This document shows positions 24,201-34,640 of a stretch of 64,000 bases of DNA, piece by piece. The stretch lies in assembly GCA_946965045.2 (NCBI GenBank), contig OX337229.1, positions 558,001 to 622,000 of the forward strand, in the 5' to 3' direction. The translations under genes were made by a program, and so were the position numbers. The stretch is from Epithemia pelagica (taxonomy: Eukaryota > Protista > Bacillariophyta). The number at the start of each line of letters is the position of its first letter. Position 1 is the stretch's first letter. Below the pieces are notes generated by a model. That model saw nothing but the letters and a program-made list of their open reading frames with translations. It made no database searches and was not told where the DNA came from.

Positions 24201-25214
24201 CTAATCTCGAAACTTGCAAACCAATAGAGTCAGAGTGACAACTGCCGTGCAGTGGTACAGGAGGCCCCCTCCTAGGGTTTCGGTCAAAACGTGATCGAGC
24301 CAACAAAACACAACATGAAACAAGGAAAGAAAGAGTAGCAATCCGAGGAGCGAAGCCGTATGCCACCACCCAAGCGATGGGTCGAAAAAGGGATACAGAA
24401 ACTGGGAACCATGACAACGATCCACCCAAAGATCTTTGACGGCATAGGAAAACAAAACATAAAGGATTCCAAATAGATTGGTAAATGGCAAGTCGGTATA
24501 TCGAATCGCGAGTCCACCGAGCAATGTCACCTCAAGGATACAAGCGATAAAGTTAAAGTTGTGTTCAATCAAGGACATTGTATTGTTGAGCAAGCCCAAG
24601 TTGGTCTTGTCTTCCAACTTTTGCGCCATGGGCCACAACACAAACTTTACCACTGTCGTCACGAGCATGCTGGCTGGAGCTGCAATCTCCCAGCCCACCA
24701 ATGCGATTCGCAAGATCCATGGTGATAAAGAAGTGTTGAACGTGTGAATGAAGATGGGAATAGCACCAAGCAGTATAAATACAAATCCCTCCAGCACCCA
24801 AGCCCAGAATGTAAAATACGACAAGTTGAGGGACCCTCGAAATACACTACCAGAGTAGTGAAACCCACGAAACGGAATTTTGACTGGTTGGAGGACACTT
24901 TCTGGAGCGTACTCGGTGATTTGGTCCCAGACTCCGTACCAAAATTGGTACAGTGAGTCACTCAGCATTAACGACCCAAAGGCCAGTCGAAGAATGCCGA
25001 CGTGAAGAGCCGTCAAATATTCGGGAAAGACGACCGTGGTGAAGGTGTCGGCATTGGCAATATCATCTAAACTTTCCAACGTAGGAAGGTTTTGGATACA
25101 AAAAGCTGATGTGATGGCAATGAACAGAATCGTATGCCAATGAGGATATACGGATACTGCCGGTTTCTTCTCGCCCATCGTGCATTTATCTTCGTTAGGA
25201 TCTTGGATCACCAT
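24201..25214 (-). CDS. Multi-pass membrane protein, FAR-17a/AIG1-like; paralog of 27240-28283
   Basis: About 7 hydrophobic segments; YFTFW, EHNFN, QFLYPFFD, ends KFRD. Colinear with the 27240 protein (TFTxxVFPEYLT, LLGGL, FRD). Confidence 0.75.
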   Translation of the reverse strand: MVIQDPNEDKCTMGEKKPAVSVYPHWHTILFIAITSAFCIQNLPTLESLDDIANADTFTTVVFPEYLTALHVGILRLAFGSLMLSDSLYQFWYGVWDQITEYAPESVLQPVKIPFRGFHYSGSVFRGSLNLSYFTFWAWVLEGFVFILLGAIPIFIHTFNTSLSPWILRIALVGWEIAAPASMLVTTVVKFVLWPMAQKLEDKTNLGLLNNTMSLIEHNFNFIACILEVTLLGGLAIRYTDLPFTNLFGILYVLFSYAVKDLWVDRCHGSQFLYPFFDPSLGWWHTASLLGLLLFLSLFHVVFCWLDHVLTETLGGGLLYHCTAVVTLTLLVCKFRD

Positions 25215-25496
25215 TGTCTCGATTCTCGATGCTTGATGAAGGGGGTACGTGTTAAGGGCGACTGCAGAACCGGACGGCGCAAAGGACTTAAGCCCAATTA
25301 CAACGTGCCTGCGCGCTGCTCTACCCATTGTCTATTCGCTACCGCATCAATCGAGCTCTAGTAGGAGTAACAACTCATAGGAGTGGGTGAACTGTCCTAA
25401 GAGAAGCAAATTTCCGATGGATATATCAACATGTTTCTGGTTTCTATTGATACAACAAGTAGCTAGGTAGTGTCATATCCGATGGTTCATGATGTT

Positions 25497-26918
25497 TCAC
25501 TCACGACCTTCGTCGTTCTCTGCTACATCTTCCACGTCCTTGTCGTCATCATTCGGACTGGGATTGGTGTCCTTGAGTTCTACCACCAACTGTTCTTGTT
25601 CGTCCGGATCCATAAAGGATTCCTTGTTGTCATCCTCTTCCGTCAGTACTGTCAGGTTATCGTATTCCAATTCTTGGACCATGCCGATATCGGTTGGCCC
25701 CATGGGAGGTCCAGCGGGAGGGAGGGGCCATCGCATAAAAAAGGAATGATGAACCAACAAGAGCGGAGCCACGACATGCAAGGAGAACCAGGGAATCATG
25801 GTGTGCACCGAAAACAATTGTCCATACAAAGGGTTGGCTTCCACCATGAGATCGTAAATTGGCTGTAGGATAATGCGACAAATCCATATCCAGAAAAAGG
25901 TCAAGACAATCTGGGAAAAGAAAAAGGAATAGATACCCCGTAGGGGTTGGACCATTTTGTGAAAGGGCCAAAAGTCAAAGGCGACAGTGTGGAAGAGAGA
26001 CCAACTGATTTGGGAGGCTCCAATCGCGTCGGAATAAAACAAATTGTCGACTCCAGCGGCAATAATAATTTCGTAAATGGACCAACCCAGCAAGACCGTC
26101 GTGGCTGTCAATGCTGCATGTTGGAGCCAGGGGTGAGGGAGCAGAGTAAAGGGCCAGTTTTGAAAGACAAGGATACTGGCAAAGTTGTGGACCCAAACAA
26201 TAATGGATACGGCGCATCCAAACCACCATGGACCAGAGGCGGGTCCTTCTGGATTGGAGGAATCATTGGCAATGGGGCCAATGTAGTCGACAAATTGAAA
26301 CATGACCACCGCTAAAAGGATACAAATAACGGAGGAAACAACCATATTGACGGGCGGAAAGGGGTGAAGGGGAATAAGGGGAGAGGCCGATGTCTGAATA
26401 TCCAAAACCCACCAGAGAGTCATCCAAAAGAGTCCAATACCAAACCAAGCACCGGCGGGGAAAAGAGGGTATCCCCACCATACATTCACAAAGAATGCAG
26501 AAAGCGAGACAGCCATTGCAAGAGTCAAGCCTGTCATGACAAAGCCAATGACCAAACGACCATGGCCATTCCAAAAGGGCTTGGCTTGTTCAATTCCAAA
26601 CGGAGCCGCCAATGGCCAACCACCTCCGACAATTCCGAATATCAAAAGATAATGCAAAAACCAAAAGGACCACGGTATGAAGGTCTCAACAGTCCATTTT
26701 GCGTTGGCGCTCATGGCGGCATAAAACATGACCCATGAGAGGGTCACGACGACAAAGAAGCGCAAAAAGGCGACATGAAAGGGGAGAATCGACACTGATC
26801 CAATCTTGCGAGGACGAGCAGCGGAGGTTTGAGAAGAAGAGTCACCCATTGGTTCAGTCTTCTTGGTAGGAGGAGAAGTACAAGTTAACGAAGGAGAAAG
26901 AGAATCTTTGGGACACAT
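25497..26918 (-). CDS. Polytopic membrane protein (about 11-12 TM), probable transporter
   Basis: 495-aa ORF with many TM segments ending in recurrent GWP / NWPF / FWPF / RWPL motifs, and an acidic C-tail. Start codon uncertain (26918 or 26849). Confidence 0.8.
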   Translation of the reverse strand: MCPKDSLSPSLTCTSPPTKKTEPMGDSSSQTSAARPRKIGSVSILPFHVAFLRFFVVVTLSWVMFYAAMSANAKWTVETFIPWSFWFLHYLLIFGIVGGGWPLAAPFGIEQAKPFWNGHGRLVIGFVMTGLTLAMAVSLSAFFVNVWWGYPLFPAGAWFGIGLFWMTLWWVLDIQTSASPLIPLHPFPPVNMVVSSVICILLAVVMFQFVDYIGPIANDSSNPEGPASGPWWFGCAVSIIVWVHNFASILVFQNWPFTLLPHPWLQHAALTATTVLLGWSIYEIIIAAGVDNLFYSDAIGASQISWSLFHTVAFDFWPFHKMVQPLRGIYSFFFSQIVLTFFWIWICRIILQPIYDLMVEANPLYGQLFSVHTMIPWFSLHVVAPLLLVHHSFFMRWPLPPAGPPMGPTDIGMVQELEYDNLTVLTEEDDNKESFMDPDEQEQLVVELKDTNPSPNDDDKDVEDVAENDEGRE

Positions 26919-27239
26919 GAGACTTTGGTCGTCGTCTTCCCATGGTCCTCGCAGTCTGAAAGAAGCAATTGGAATTTGAGGCAATCAAGCTTTTTAGAAC
27001 TTTCCATCTCATTCATTGAAAACACCTGCGAGTCCATTATTTGACGTCATACGAATCACACACACGCACTCGAATCTGCGTACTCTTTTTTCTATAGAAA
27101 ATCTATCCGATCAGTCGCGCGGTCAAACTCGGTCGCGCTACAAATTGGAACCCGGAGGTAACCAATTTGGAATGATCCAAAGATTTTTTGGATTTCTTGT
27201 GCGGCGCTGATTCTTTCGCCCTGTAACCCAACGAACACC

Positions 27240-28283
27240 ATGTCAAATACCAAAGATGACGGCGAACGAAAGAAGAAAGCGTTGACTTCGGCCCCACCGC
27301 CCTGGCACTCTGTATTGTTAATAGTTGTCATTGGAGGATTCTTTGTGGCGACCCTTCCGTCGTTGGACACCTTGGATGAGGCGGCCACCATGGAAACCTT
27401 TACCCAGATTGTCTTTCCCGAATATTTAACTCTTTGGTCCTTGGCTTGGATTCGAATGGCAATTGCAATTTCCATTTGGGCCGTAACGATTCACACGTCG
27501 GTCCTTTCCGAGGGTTGGGTCCAGGAAACCTCCTACTCCAAACACAGCAAACTCCTCATGACACCGCTCAAAATATCGGGCTGGAAAACATTGGCTCCCT
27601 TCACGTCCATTTCTTGGAACCTTTTGGGACTTTCCTTTTCCCTCAGCTCTTACATTGCCTTTCAAGCGACTCAGAACCAAGACGTTTCGCCCTGGATATT
27701 ACGGACAGCTCTTTGTGTCTGGTCTGTTGCGGCGCCGAATACCCTGTTGGTGGCGGCGGTGATTCGATATGCAATTTGGCCCGCCGTCTTGGCCAAGGGA
27801 AACTCAACGGCTCCACTCAAGTCCGTACGGTACGTATGTCTATGTGTGGAACGACGAGAGAGGATGACACGTGTGACTAACGGAATGTTGTTGGACGGAT
27901 CAATCAGAAATGTGTTTATGCACAATATCAATGTGTTTTATGCTGTTTCCGAGAGTGCGTTACTGGGCGGCCTTCCGGTACGATGGTCCGAATTGAGTTT
28001 GGCTCCGCTGGTGGGGTTTGCCTATGTGGTCTTTTCCTGGAATGCCACCCTGTTGTGGAGCAAACCCTTTGGTCCGCAATTTATTTACTTTTTCTTTGAC
28101 ACGACCGTACCGGGATATGGAGCCTCCATTGCTCTCTTGGCCCTGTTGTTTGCCTTGATTCTCTTTTTTGCCCTGTTTTGTACCAGTGAACTTCTCTTGC
28201 ATTGGATCGACGGCGGTTTGTTAGCGAGCCTTGGCTTTGTCGGGATTCTGTGTGCCGCCGTCATGAGATTTCGAGACTACTAG
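27240..28283 (+). CDS. FAR-17a/AIG1-like membrane protein with a probable stop-less 78-nt intron (27830-27907)
   Basis: PFTSISW, MHNINV, QFIYFFFD, ends RFRDY. GTACGT donor, CTAAC branch site and ATCAG acceptor. The 26 extra residues have no counterpart in the paralog. Confidence 0.8.
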   Translation: MSNTKDDGERKKKALTSAPPPWHSVLLIVVIGGFFVATLPSLDTLDEAATMETFTQIVFPEYLTLWSLAWIRMAIAISIWAVTIHTSVLSEGWVQETSYSKHSKLLMTPLKISGWKTLAPFTSISWNLLGLSFSLSSYIAFQATQNQDVSPWILRTALCVWSVAAPNTLLVAAVIRYAIWPAVLAKGNSTAPLKSVRYVCLCVERRERMTRVTNGMLLDGSIRNVFMHNINVFYAVSESALLGGLPVRWSELSLAPLVGFAYVVFSWNATLLWSKPFGPQFIYFFFDTTVPGYGASIALLALLFALILFFALFCTSELLLHWIDGGLLASLGFVGILCAAVMRFRDY

Positions 28284-28848
28284 GGATGATGATTCCTCTC
28301 ACACAAGCGAGAGGTCTCGTTTGTGTAGTAGCGGGATTTTGTGTATGGTAGGATGATGGGGGATCATCCATCGAGTGGTCTCGGAAGTGCGGGGGGAGTA
28401 GACTCAATGTATATAGAATGTGTTTGGGTGTGGCAGGCGTCCGGAACCAATTTCGTGACAGAACAGAACATGATGCGGCTTCCTGGGGAGAAACGATAGC
28501 TCTAGATCTACGGCAGTATTCAAATGCATTTGTCGCATTCTTCCAAGGATCCGCTAGCTCTAGAGAGACGAAGGGCACTCCAGTTTCTGCTAATAGATTC
28601 GTTTGTTGTTCACAGCACATAGCATTAAATATTAGGGGGTAGGACTAGGACAACCCCCAAAACCACACGTCAACTTCCGAAGAATTTTATCGGTGGCAAT
28701 TTTTGCTTTGTGGGTATCTTTCTTCGTGACACAAGATGGACCATCCAGTCGTCGTCCACCAAAGTACATGATCCTTGAAGCCAAGCGCTCTTGGATCCAA
28801 TCACAAAACCAAGACAGCAAGAGACCATCCGACCCAATATAAGAGACA

Positions 28849-30120
28849 ATGATGATGATTCCGTCCTGGCGGCCCCTGGGAGTGGCCGCATCGGCCGCCC
28901 TGGTCTATGGATGGGCTCGGTTGGATTGCGATCCTGGCTTGTACTGGTACGAACGCTATTGGTTTCATGACAATGCTCTTGCCAAACAAGAGTATTATCG
29001 GAACAAGTCCATTTGGATTGTGGGTGCCAGTTCGGGAATTGGTCGCGAATTGGCCCTCCAATTGTCCCAACTGCCCTGCCGTCGTCTCATTTTGACCAGT
29101 CGGAACCACGACAAACTCCAACAGGTGGTGAACGACTGCCAACGCAAGGCACGAGACACCACGGACAACAACCACAACAAAAACGAGACGGTTGGCTGCT
29201 GCGAGTGTTGGGCGTTGCCGCTCGATGTCACCAATCATTCGCAACTCCAAGAAGCCGTGCAACAACTCCACGAACCATTGGATGGTCCGCCCTGGTTGGA
29301 TATGGTCATTTTCAATGCCGGTGTAGGACAATTGTGTCCGGCACTCGAAACCCCACCCCACCAAGTCGAACAGTTGTTTCAACGCAATGCTCTATGGCCC
29401 ATGATCTTGCTCGCCCTCCTCCTCCAACGACGACAGCAGTCTCCTCCTTTCGAACCACACGATTCTGCTGTTTCTTCCACTCCTACAACAACAACCACAA
29501 CCACATCTTACACGGAACCCAGCAAACCCAACCACAAGAGTCCGCACATTGTGGTCACGAGCAGTGTGGGTGCCACACTGCCCTTGCCCCTTTCGGCCAC
29601 CTATGCCGCCACCAAGGCGGCTCTCCAACAATACCTCCAAACCTTGGCCACCGAACGACCCGACTTGAGCATTACCGTACTATGTCCCGGAACGGTCGAT
29701 ACGCCCTTTCATCATTCCAAACACAGCGTCACTGCAACGAACGATCCCAACGCAACAGTGGCGACTACAACGACTACAACCAACGCATCTTTCCAAACGA
29801 CAATTCACGACACGACACAACCAAACAATCCTACAAAAGCACCAACGACACAACCGACGTCCCCGTTGAAAATGTCGGTCCAACGATGTGCTCGCTTGTA
29901 CTTGGCCGCCGTGGCCCACCACAACAATGGAGGAGGAGGATTCCGGGAACATGTGATTGCCCAGCAACCTACATTGACGGCCGTCCACCTCCATCGGTGG
30001 TTTCCCACCCTCTCGAGATGGATCTTGGCACGCATTGGTACCAAACGAATTCAATTGTGGAGACAGGGCAAAGATTTGTACGATCCAGCCTCGTGGACCA
30101 ACCGTCCCCACCAGAACTAG
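28849..30120 (+). CDS. Short-chain dehydrogenase/reductase (DHRS7-like) with N-terminal anchor
   Basis: IWIVGASSGIGRELA, LDMVIFNAGVG, TSSVG, YAATK, LCPGTVDT. Confidence 0.9.
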   Translation: MMMIPSWRPLGVAASAALVYGWARLDCDPGLYWYERYWFHDNALAKQEYYRNKSIWIVGASSGIGRELALQLSQLPCRRLILTSRNHDKLQQVVNDCQRKARDTTDNNHNKNETVGCCECWALPLDVTNHSQLQEAVQQLHEPLDGPPWLDMVIFNAGVGQLCPALETPPHQVEQLFQRNALWPMILLALLLQRRQQSPPFEPHDSAVSSTPTTTTTTTSYTEPSKPNHKSPHIVVTSSVGATLPLPLSATYAATKAALQQYLQTLATERPDLSITVLCPGTVDTPFHHSKHSVTATNDPNATVATTTTTTNASFQTTIHDTTQPNNPTKAPTTQPTSPLKMSVQRCARLYLAAVAHHNNGGGGFREHVIAQQPTLTAVHLHRWFPTLSRWILARIGTKRIQLWRQGKDLYDPASWTNRPHQN

Positions 30121-31033
30121 GTAGAACCCATTCACAGAAATAGAGTTTAGCGTATCACCCAACGTGCTGTAGAACAAAAAATAATACGCCGTGGCTGCAA
30201 GAATAATAGAAAATTTGGCTGTGGTTGCTTGTCCTCCTCTCACTCAGTTCCTTAGTAATTTAAAGTCCCAACTTGGTTCTACGCCAGTGACGTCGCTTGG
30301 CATTCCACTTGATGGTATTGTCTGTCCGCATACGAATCCATTGTGGCAAGGGTCGATTTTGACGCTGCTTCTTGGCCAAGGTACGCTTGGTACGAAATGT
30401 CTTTTGCGCCGGCTATTAGAACGTAGTGCCAGAAAGACAGTTGTTTGGTTGGGATTCACCACCAAGGCATTGACCATGGAAACCAGAATGGAAGAGATAG
30501 ACAGATAGACAAGACGGTCAGAAATGGAACCTTGCTTCAAAATGCTTTCCATCATTCTAGAGTATTAGATCGAAGATGACTTACCATGTTGATATCCCAA
30601 GTTTGCGGTAGACTCAACAACACAGACCCAATAGCAACTTGTCCTGGTCCTGCCGCTGCTCTAAAGGAAACGATAAATCAGTGTTGCGGTAAGCGGTAAA
30701 TGCGATCCAATAATATCAGCGACTACCCCCCTGTGAATATGCGACGGCCAGACGATGGGTATCGTATTCGCTTATGGGTCGCTCCCATTGTCATGGCGAG
30801 ACAAAACACAAACTCTGACGCAAAGCTAGAGCCAACTCCTAGGAGTAGCTATCCTCTACTCCGAATGGAGAAGAAACGATGAAAGATGAAATTCCCATGT
30901 GGATTTATATTTCTAGTTTAACAAGATTTATACACTAGACGACGAGAAATCCCAATCTGTCGTCACCCAACAGTAGCAGTGATATATAGCAAATCGCTTC
31001 GTGCAAATGGTATACTTCGAGCATGCCCTTTCT

Positions 31034-31894
31034 TTACTGTTCTTCTTGATCGCAATACGTTTGTGCTTGTCCCAATGCCAAAGCAAACAACCGGGCCGGT
31101 CGGGTGATGTCTTTGGATTTTTGTCGCAACTTTTCGGCGACACTGCTAGCCATTGTCGAGGAGGCCCATCGGGAATCGTGAGGAAGGTTGTACACCAGTT
31201 CGAGGAGGCGTTGTCGACGTTCCTTCTTGTCCTTGACGGCAATACGGACCAGGGCATGTTCCACTCCCGTGCAGACGGGAAATTGAACCAAGTACTCCTT
31301 CATGGCATGGACCAAGGACATGGCCAAGCATCCGCCAGGTTCGCAACAAGCTTCGTAGGCGTTGATGAGGGCACTCAGGTTGGGTTCGCCAACAAGATCC
31401 TCACATGTGGCCGAGTCGAACGAATCCAAGGAGGAAGCGGAATCATTGGGCGAGAAAGCACCAGAAGAACTGGATGCACCCATTTCGAGACGATTCAAAA
31501 TTCGGTGTACCATGGCATGGTTGGCTGCCTTCATCTTTCGGCATTCATCACCACTGTACCACAGAGTAGCTTGGTCTTCCGACAAGTTCTGTTCCGGGCA
31601 TGGTTCGTGGTACTGATTCAAACTTTCGTCAAAGCGGAGACGCAAACTTCGCTTGCGAGACACGGTCGACAGGGACGATAAAGACGTTGCCGTCGTAAGA
31701 GAAGATGCGGAATGCTCACTGATGCGCTTGCCTTTGCGGACCGAGGCGGTTTCAAGTGTGGAAGAATCGGACGGGTCGGCGCCTCCTTCAAAATCCAGCA
31801 AATGTTGCTGTGCCTTGCTGCTATTGTTGTGGTTCTTGCCACGGAACGGGTTGAGGGCCGCGAATCGAGAGGAAGGCTTGGTGCTGGTCTTCAT
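31034..31894 (-). CDS. Hypothetical protein of the [VL]RF...WY...G[LV]E family (same family as 53242-54495)
   Basis: LRLRFDESLNQYHE, LWYSGDECRKMK, TGVEHAL, RRQRLLELV, SRPARLFALALGQA-like end. Confidence 0.8.
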   Translation of the reverse strand: MKTSTKPSSRFAALNPFRGKNHNNSSKAQQHLLDFEGGADPSDSSTLETASVRKGKRISEHSASSLTTATSLSSLSTVSRKRSLRLRFDESLNQYHEPCPEQNLSEDQATLWYSGDECRKMKAANHAMVHRILNRLEMGASSSSGAFSPNDSASSLDSFDSATCEDLVGEPNLSALINAYEACCEPGGCLAMSLVHAMKEYLVQFPVCTGVEHALVRIAVKDKKERRQRLLELVYNLPHDSRWASSTMASSVAEKLRQKSKDITRPARLFALALGQAQTYCDQEEQ

Positions 31895-33133
31895 GCTGTA
31901 ATTGATAGCAGCGTGTGAGTACTTGGTATTCTGGGTGGTAAGATTTGCGGATCTGTGCTCGACGAGCTTCTGTCAGTGTTCAAAATTGTGTCGTGAGACG
32001 GGCCAAACAATTTTTTGTGAGCAGTGGAGGCGCTTTAGATTTTGGTAGGACTGGTTGCTCGACCAAAAACTATTACTGGCACGAATGACCTTAATACTGG
32101 AATGGAAGGACATACCGGCATACCATCTTACCAGTTGCTCGTAGAAGAAAGATTGTCCGCATAGTAACTACCTACAATGGTGGCTCCTAGAAGAAGATGG
32201 TCCGCATAGGAACTAGAAGAAAATGGTCCCATAGATCCTATACGGTTTCGAATTCTAGGATTATTAGCCGGCAACAGTGTACTATAGTTTTTTGGCTCGC
32301 GACTCTCGACTCTCGAGCATCGAGCTCGAGGAGAGATGGTCACGTTAACTGTACTACCCATGCATCATAAATCATAATTCATCTACCTACCGGTAGGTAA
32401 TACACAAAATCGATTCTCCCTGGACGAGAACAGGAGGGCTTGGTTGTGTCATTGTGGTCAGTGCACATACACAATCCTTCATGCGGTCTTCTTGTTCACT
32501 TTTGTCACCTGCCTGCTGCCTGCACATTGTGCAACTCCCACTCTACGATTCTTGTTCTTACTTTCTCGTTTTTTGTCAAGAGGGTTTCCAGCTTGTTTTT
32601 TTTGTCAAGGGGTTTCCAGTAATGTTCCAGTTCCACACAGATAAAGGATGATGTGAAACGTAGCGCAGTCTAGGAGGATATCTACCTTTTCTCTCCGTAT
32701 TCGTACTCCCTAGTTTGTCGCCGGTGTGTCCCGGGATGCACAGAACGTTATGATTTCACCGATTGATCGGTAAGCGGTAAGGTGTCTCCCTACCTGATGC
32801 GAACCCCCTCACAAAACGAGAACTCATCACTGACTCGCAAAGACAAAGACTCGTACTATACGAGTAGATTGAAACAGTGTATTATGAGTAAGCGATAAGT
32901 GAGAAATCGCTTGGGCATGGGTATGTGGTACGAGTACAAGTATGCCCTAATGAATACGATTACGAGTACATAAGAAGCAACACTACCTATTTCATCTCCC
33001 GATCAGTTTCCTTAGTCAAGGGTGGAACGCTCTCGTACAAGTACTCGTATATCTCAGATCAAGTGAGATCTTTACGATAGGGTGTCGATCATTTTTCACT
33101 TCCCATCGTACCCAAGAAATTAACCCTCCGTAT

Positions 33134-33165
33134 CGGTGACCACCTCTAAATCGTCTGCCAGTCGT
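33134..33165 (+). repeat. Left inverted repeat
   Basis: CGGTGACCACCTCTAAATCGTCTG-C-CAGTCGT: 24/24 match, 1 mismatch, then 7/7 match to the reverse complement of 39889-39920. Confidence 0.92.
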
Positions 33166-33356
33166 TCACCGAATTCTTCTCTGACCTGGTTTTTTTCCCT
33201 TTTGTCATACAAATTTTTTGGTCAATTTCCTATTCTTCACGCCGGCATGGTATCTCCTTCGTCGGCATTTGCGCCTCGCCCGACTCGGAAACTGTCCAAC
33301 CGCCTTTCTCCAACTCTTTCAAATATGGCATCCAGATCCTTTCGATCAACTATAAG

Positions 33357-34640
33357 ATGACCATGACAACTGTTCCAATTGGAACAGCTCAAGATGCGCA
33401 AGCTGATATTGATAATGCCATCCATCGTCAGTTCAACTGGCAAGCCGAACTTTATTTCACAGACCTTGAAAACTTTGACAATCAAGCAATAGATCTGTTT
33501 CAATTCACTGATAAAAACCACTACCATTTTTGACGACAATCATCCAAATCAAAAAGTACTGAAGAACTGCCACATTTGGTTATCTTTGACAGAAAGAAAT
33601 ATCCTCCGAATGATGACGGCATTAAGAGACTGTGCACAGCTCTAAAGATTGAGGGTATCAAATCAGGAACTAACCTTGTCTATCGCAGCCAAGCGCATGT
33701 TCTCTCTTGTTTCCGTTGTAGGAAACATGGTCCCCGACGTTCGAAAGTCATCCCATCTACCAACATCCCCGACCAACCAAATGGAAGCCCGATGGACAAC
33801 AATGATACGGCACAGCCAGACAACATTCTATCAGACGAAACTTTCGACAATGACGGTGTCCGTCTTGGTATACGAGATACCACCGTGATCGGAGCATGAA
33901 CCGTTGTGGTGGGAAATCATCTGTTCGGGGAACTTCGACAATGCGACCTGTTCATGCTGAAGAAACATGCAAAGTTGCACTGCGTCTTGGTGTGAAAGAG
34001 GGTCCTGACGGGTACATATACCTCAAACAAGGGTGTGGACATCGATTTCATTCTTTCCACCCCAAACCACAAAAAGGTGATCTGTGTTTTGCTAAACGCC
34101 ACATTTCCGACTCCACATACAAGCTCATTACCAGTGGTGCTAAAGTTTCTGTGGGCAATGGCTCTCTAAGATGCATTGTCTTAGAAAATCAAAGTGAGCT
34201 GATATCCCGTGGATCAATACAAAGAATTCGAATGGAGCCTGACTTCCTAACAAACAATGAGCAACGTGAGTCCACTGCTTCCCAGATGGTGCACTGGTTA
34301 CAAAAGCATGCAGCAGATCCAAATGTAGGATTGTGTTATTGCTTTCTCTCTTGCCGTCAAAGCAGATATCCCGGCTACCACCGACATCCCAAAGGAAGGC
34401 CTGGACAAACTGGAAGAATTCCTCTTGACAAAATAGAGGAAAACATGGAATATGTGGATACTCTCGAGAATACCTATAGAACAGCTCAAAGTGTAGAACA
34501 ATCACAAGAGCTCCCTTTGGACAACAATGCACTCAATCAGACATTGAACATGGCTCGAGAAATTCATAATGATTCATTGATTGATCTCAAAAGTCATAGA
34601 ATTCTCCTGGGGGCAGGGTGGGTTGATGCTCAAGCCTGTT
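33357..34640 (+). pseudogene. Degenerate Mutator-like transposase 5' half (FAR1/WRKY-GCM1-like zinc domain), truncated before the DDE core
   Basis: One in-frame TGA (~33531) and one frameshift (33896-33899). LSCFRCRKHG ... TCKVALRLG...YIYLKQGCGHRFHSFHP, then RILLGAGW immediately before the 97-bp array. Family call is from remembered motif pattern only. Confidence 0.5.

Noticed and set aside
29013-30143. 376-aa alternative-frame ORF
   Set aside because: It lies over the SDR on the same strand and is an off-frame by-product with no motifs.
30244-30555. 103-aa minus ORF
   Set aside because: It has a plausible ATG and hydrophobic start but nothing else supports it; left uncalled.
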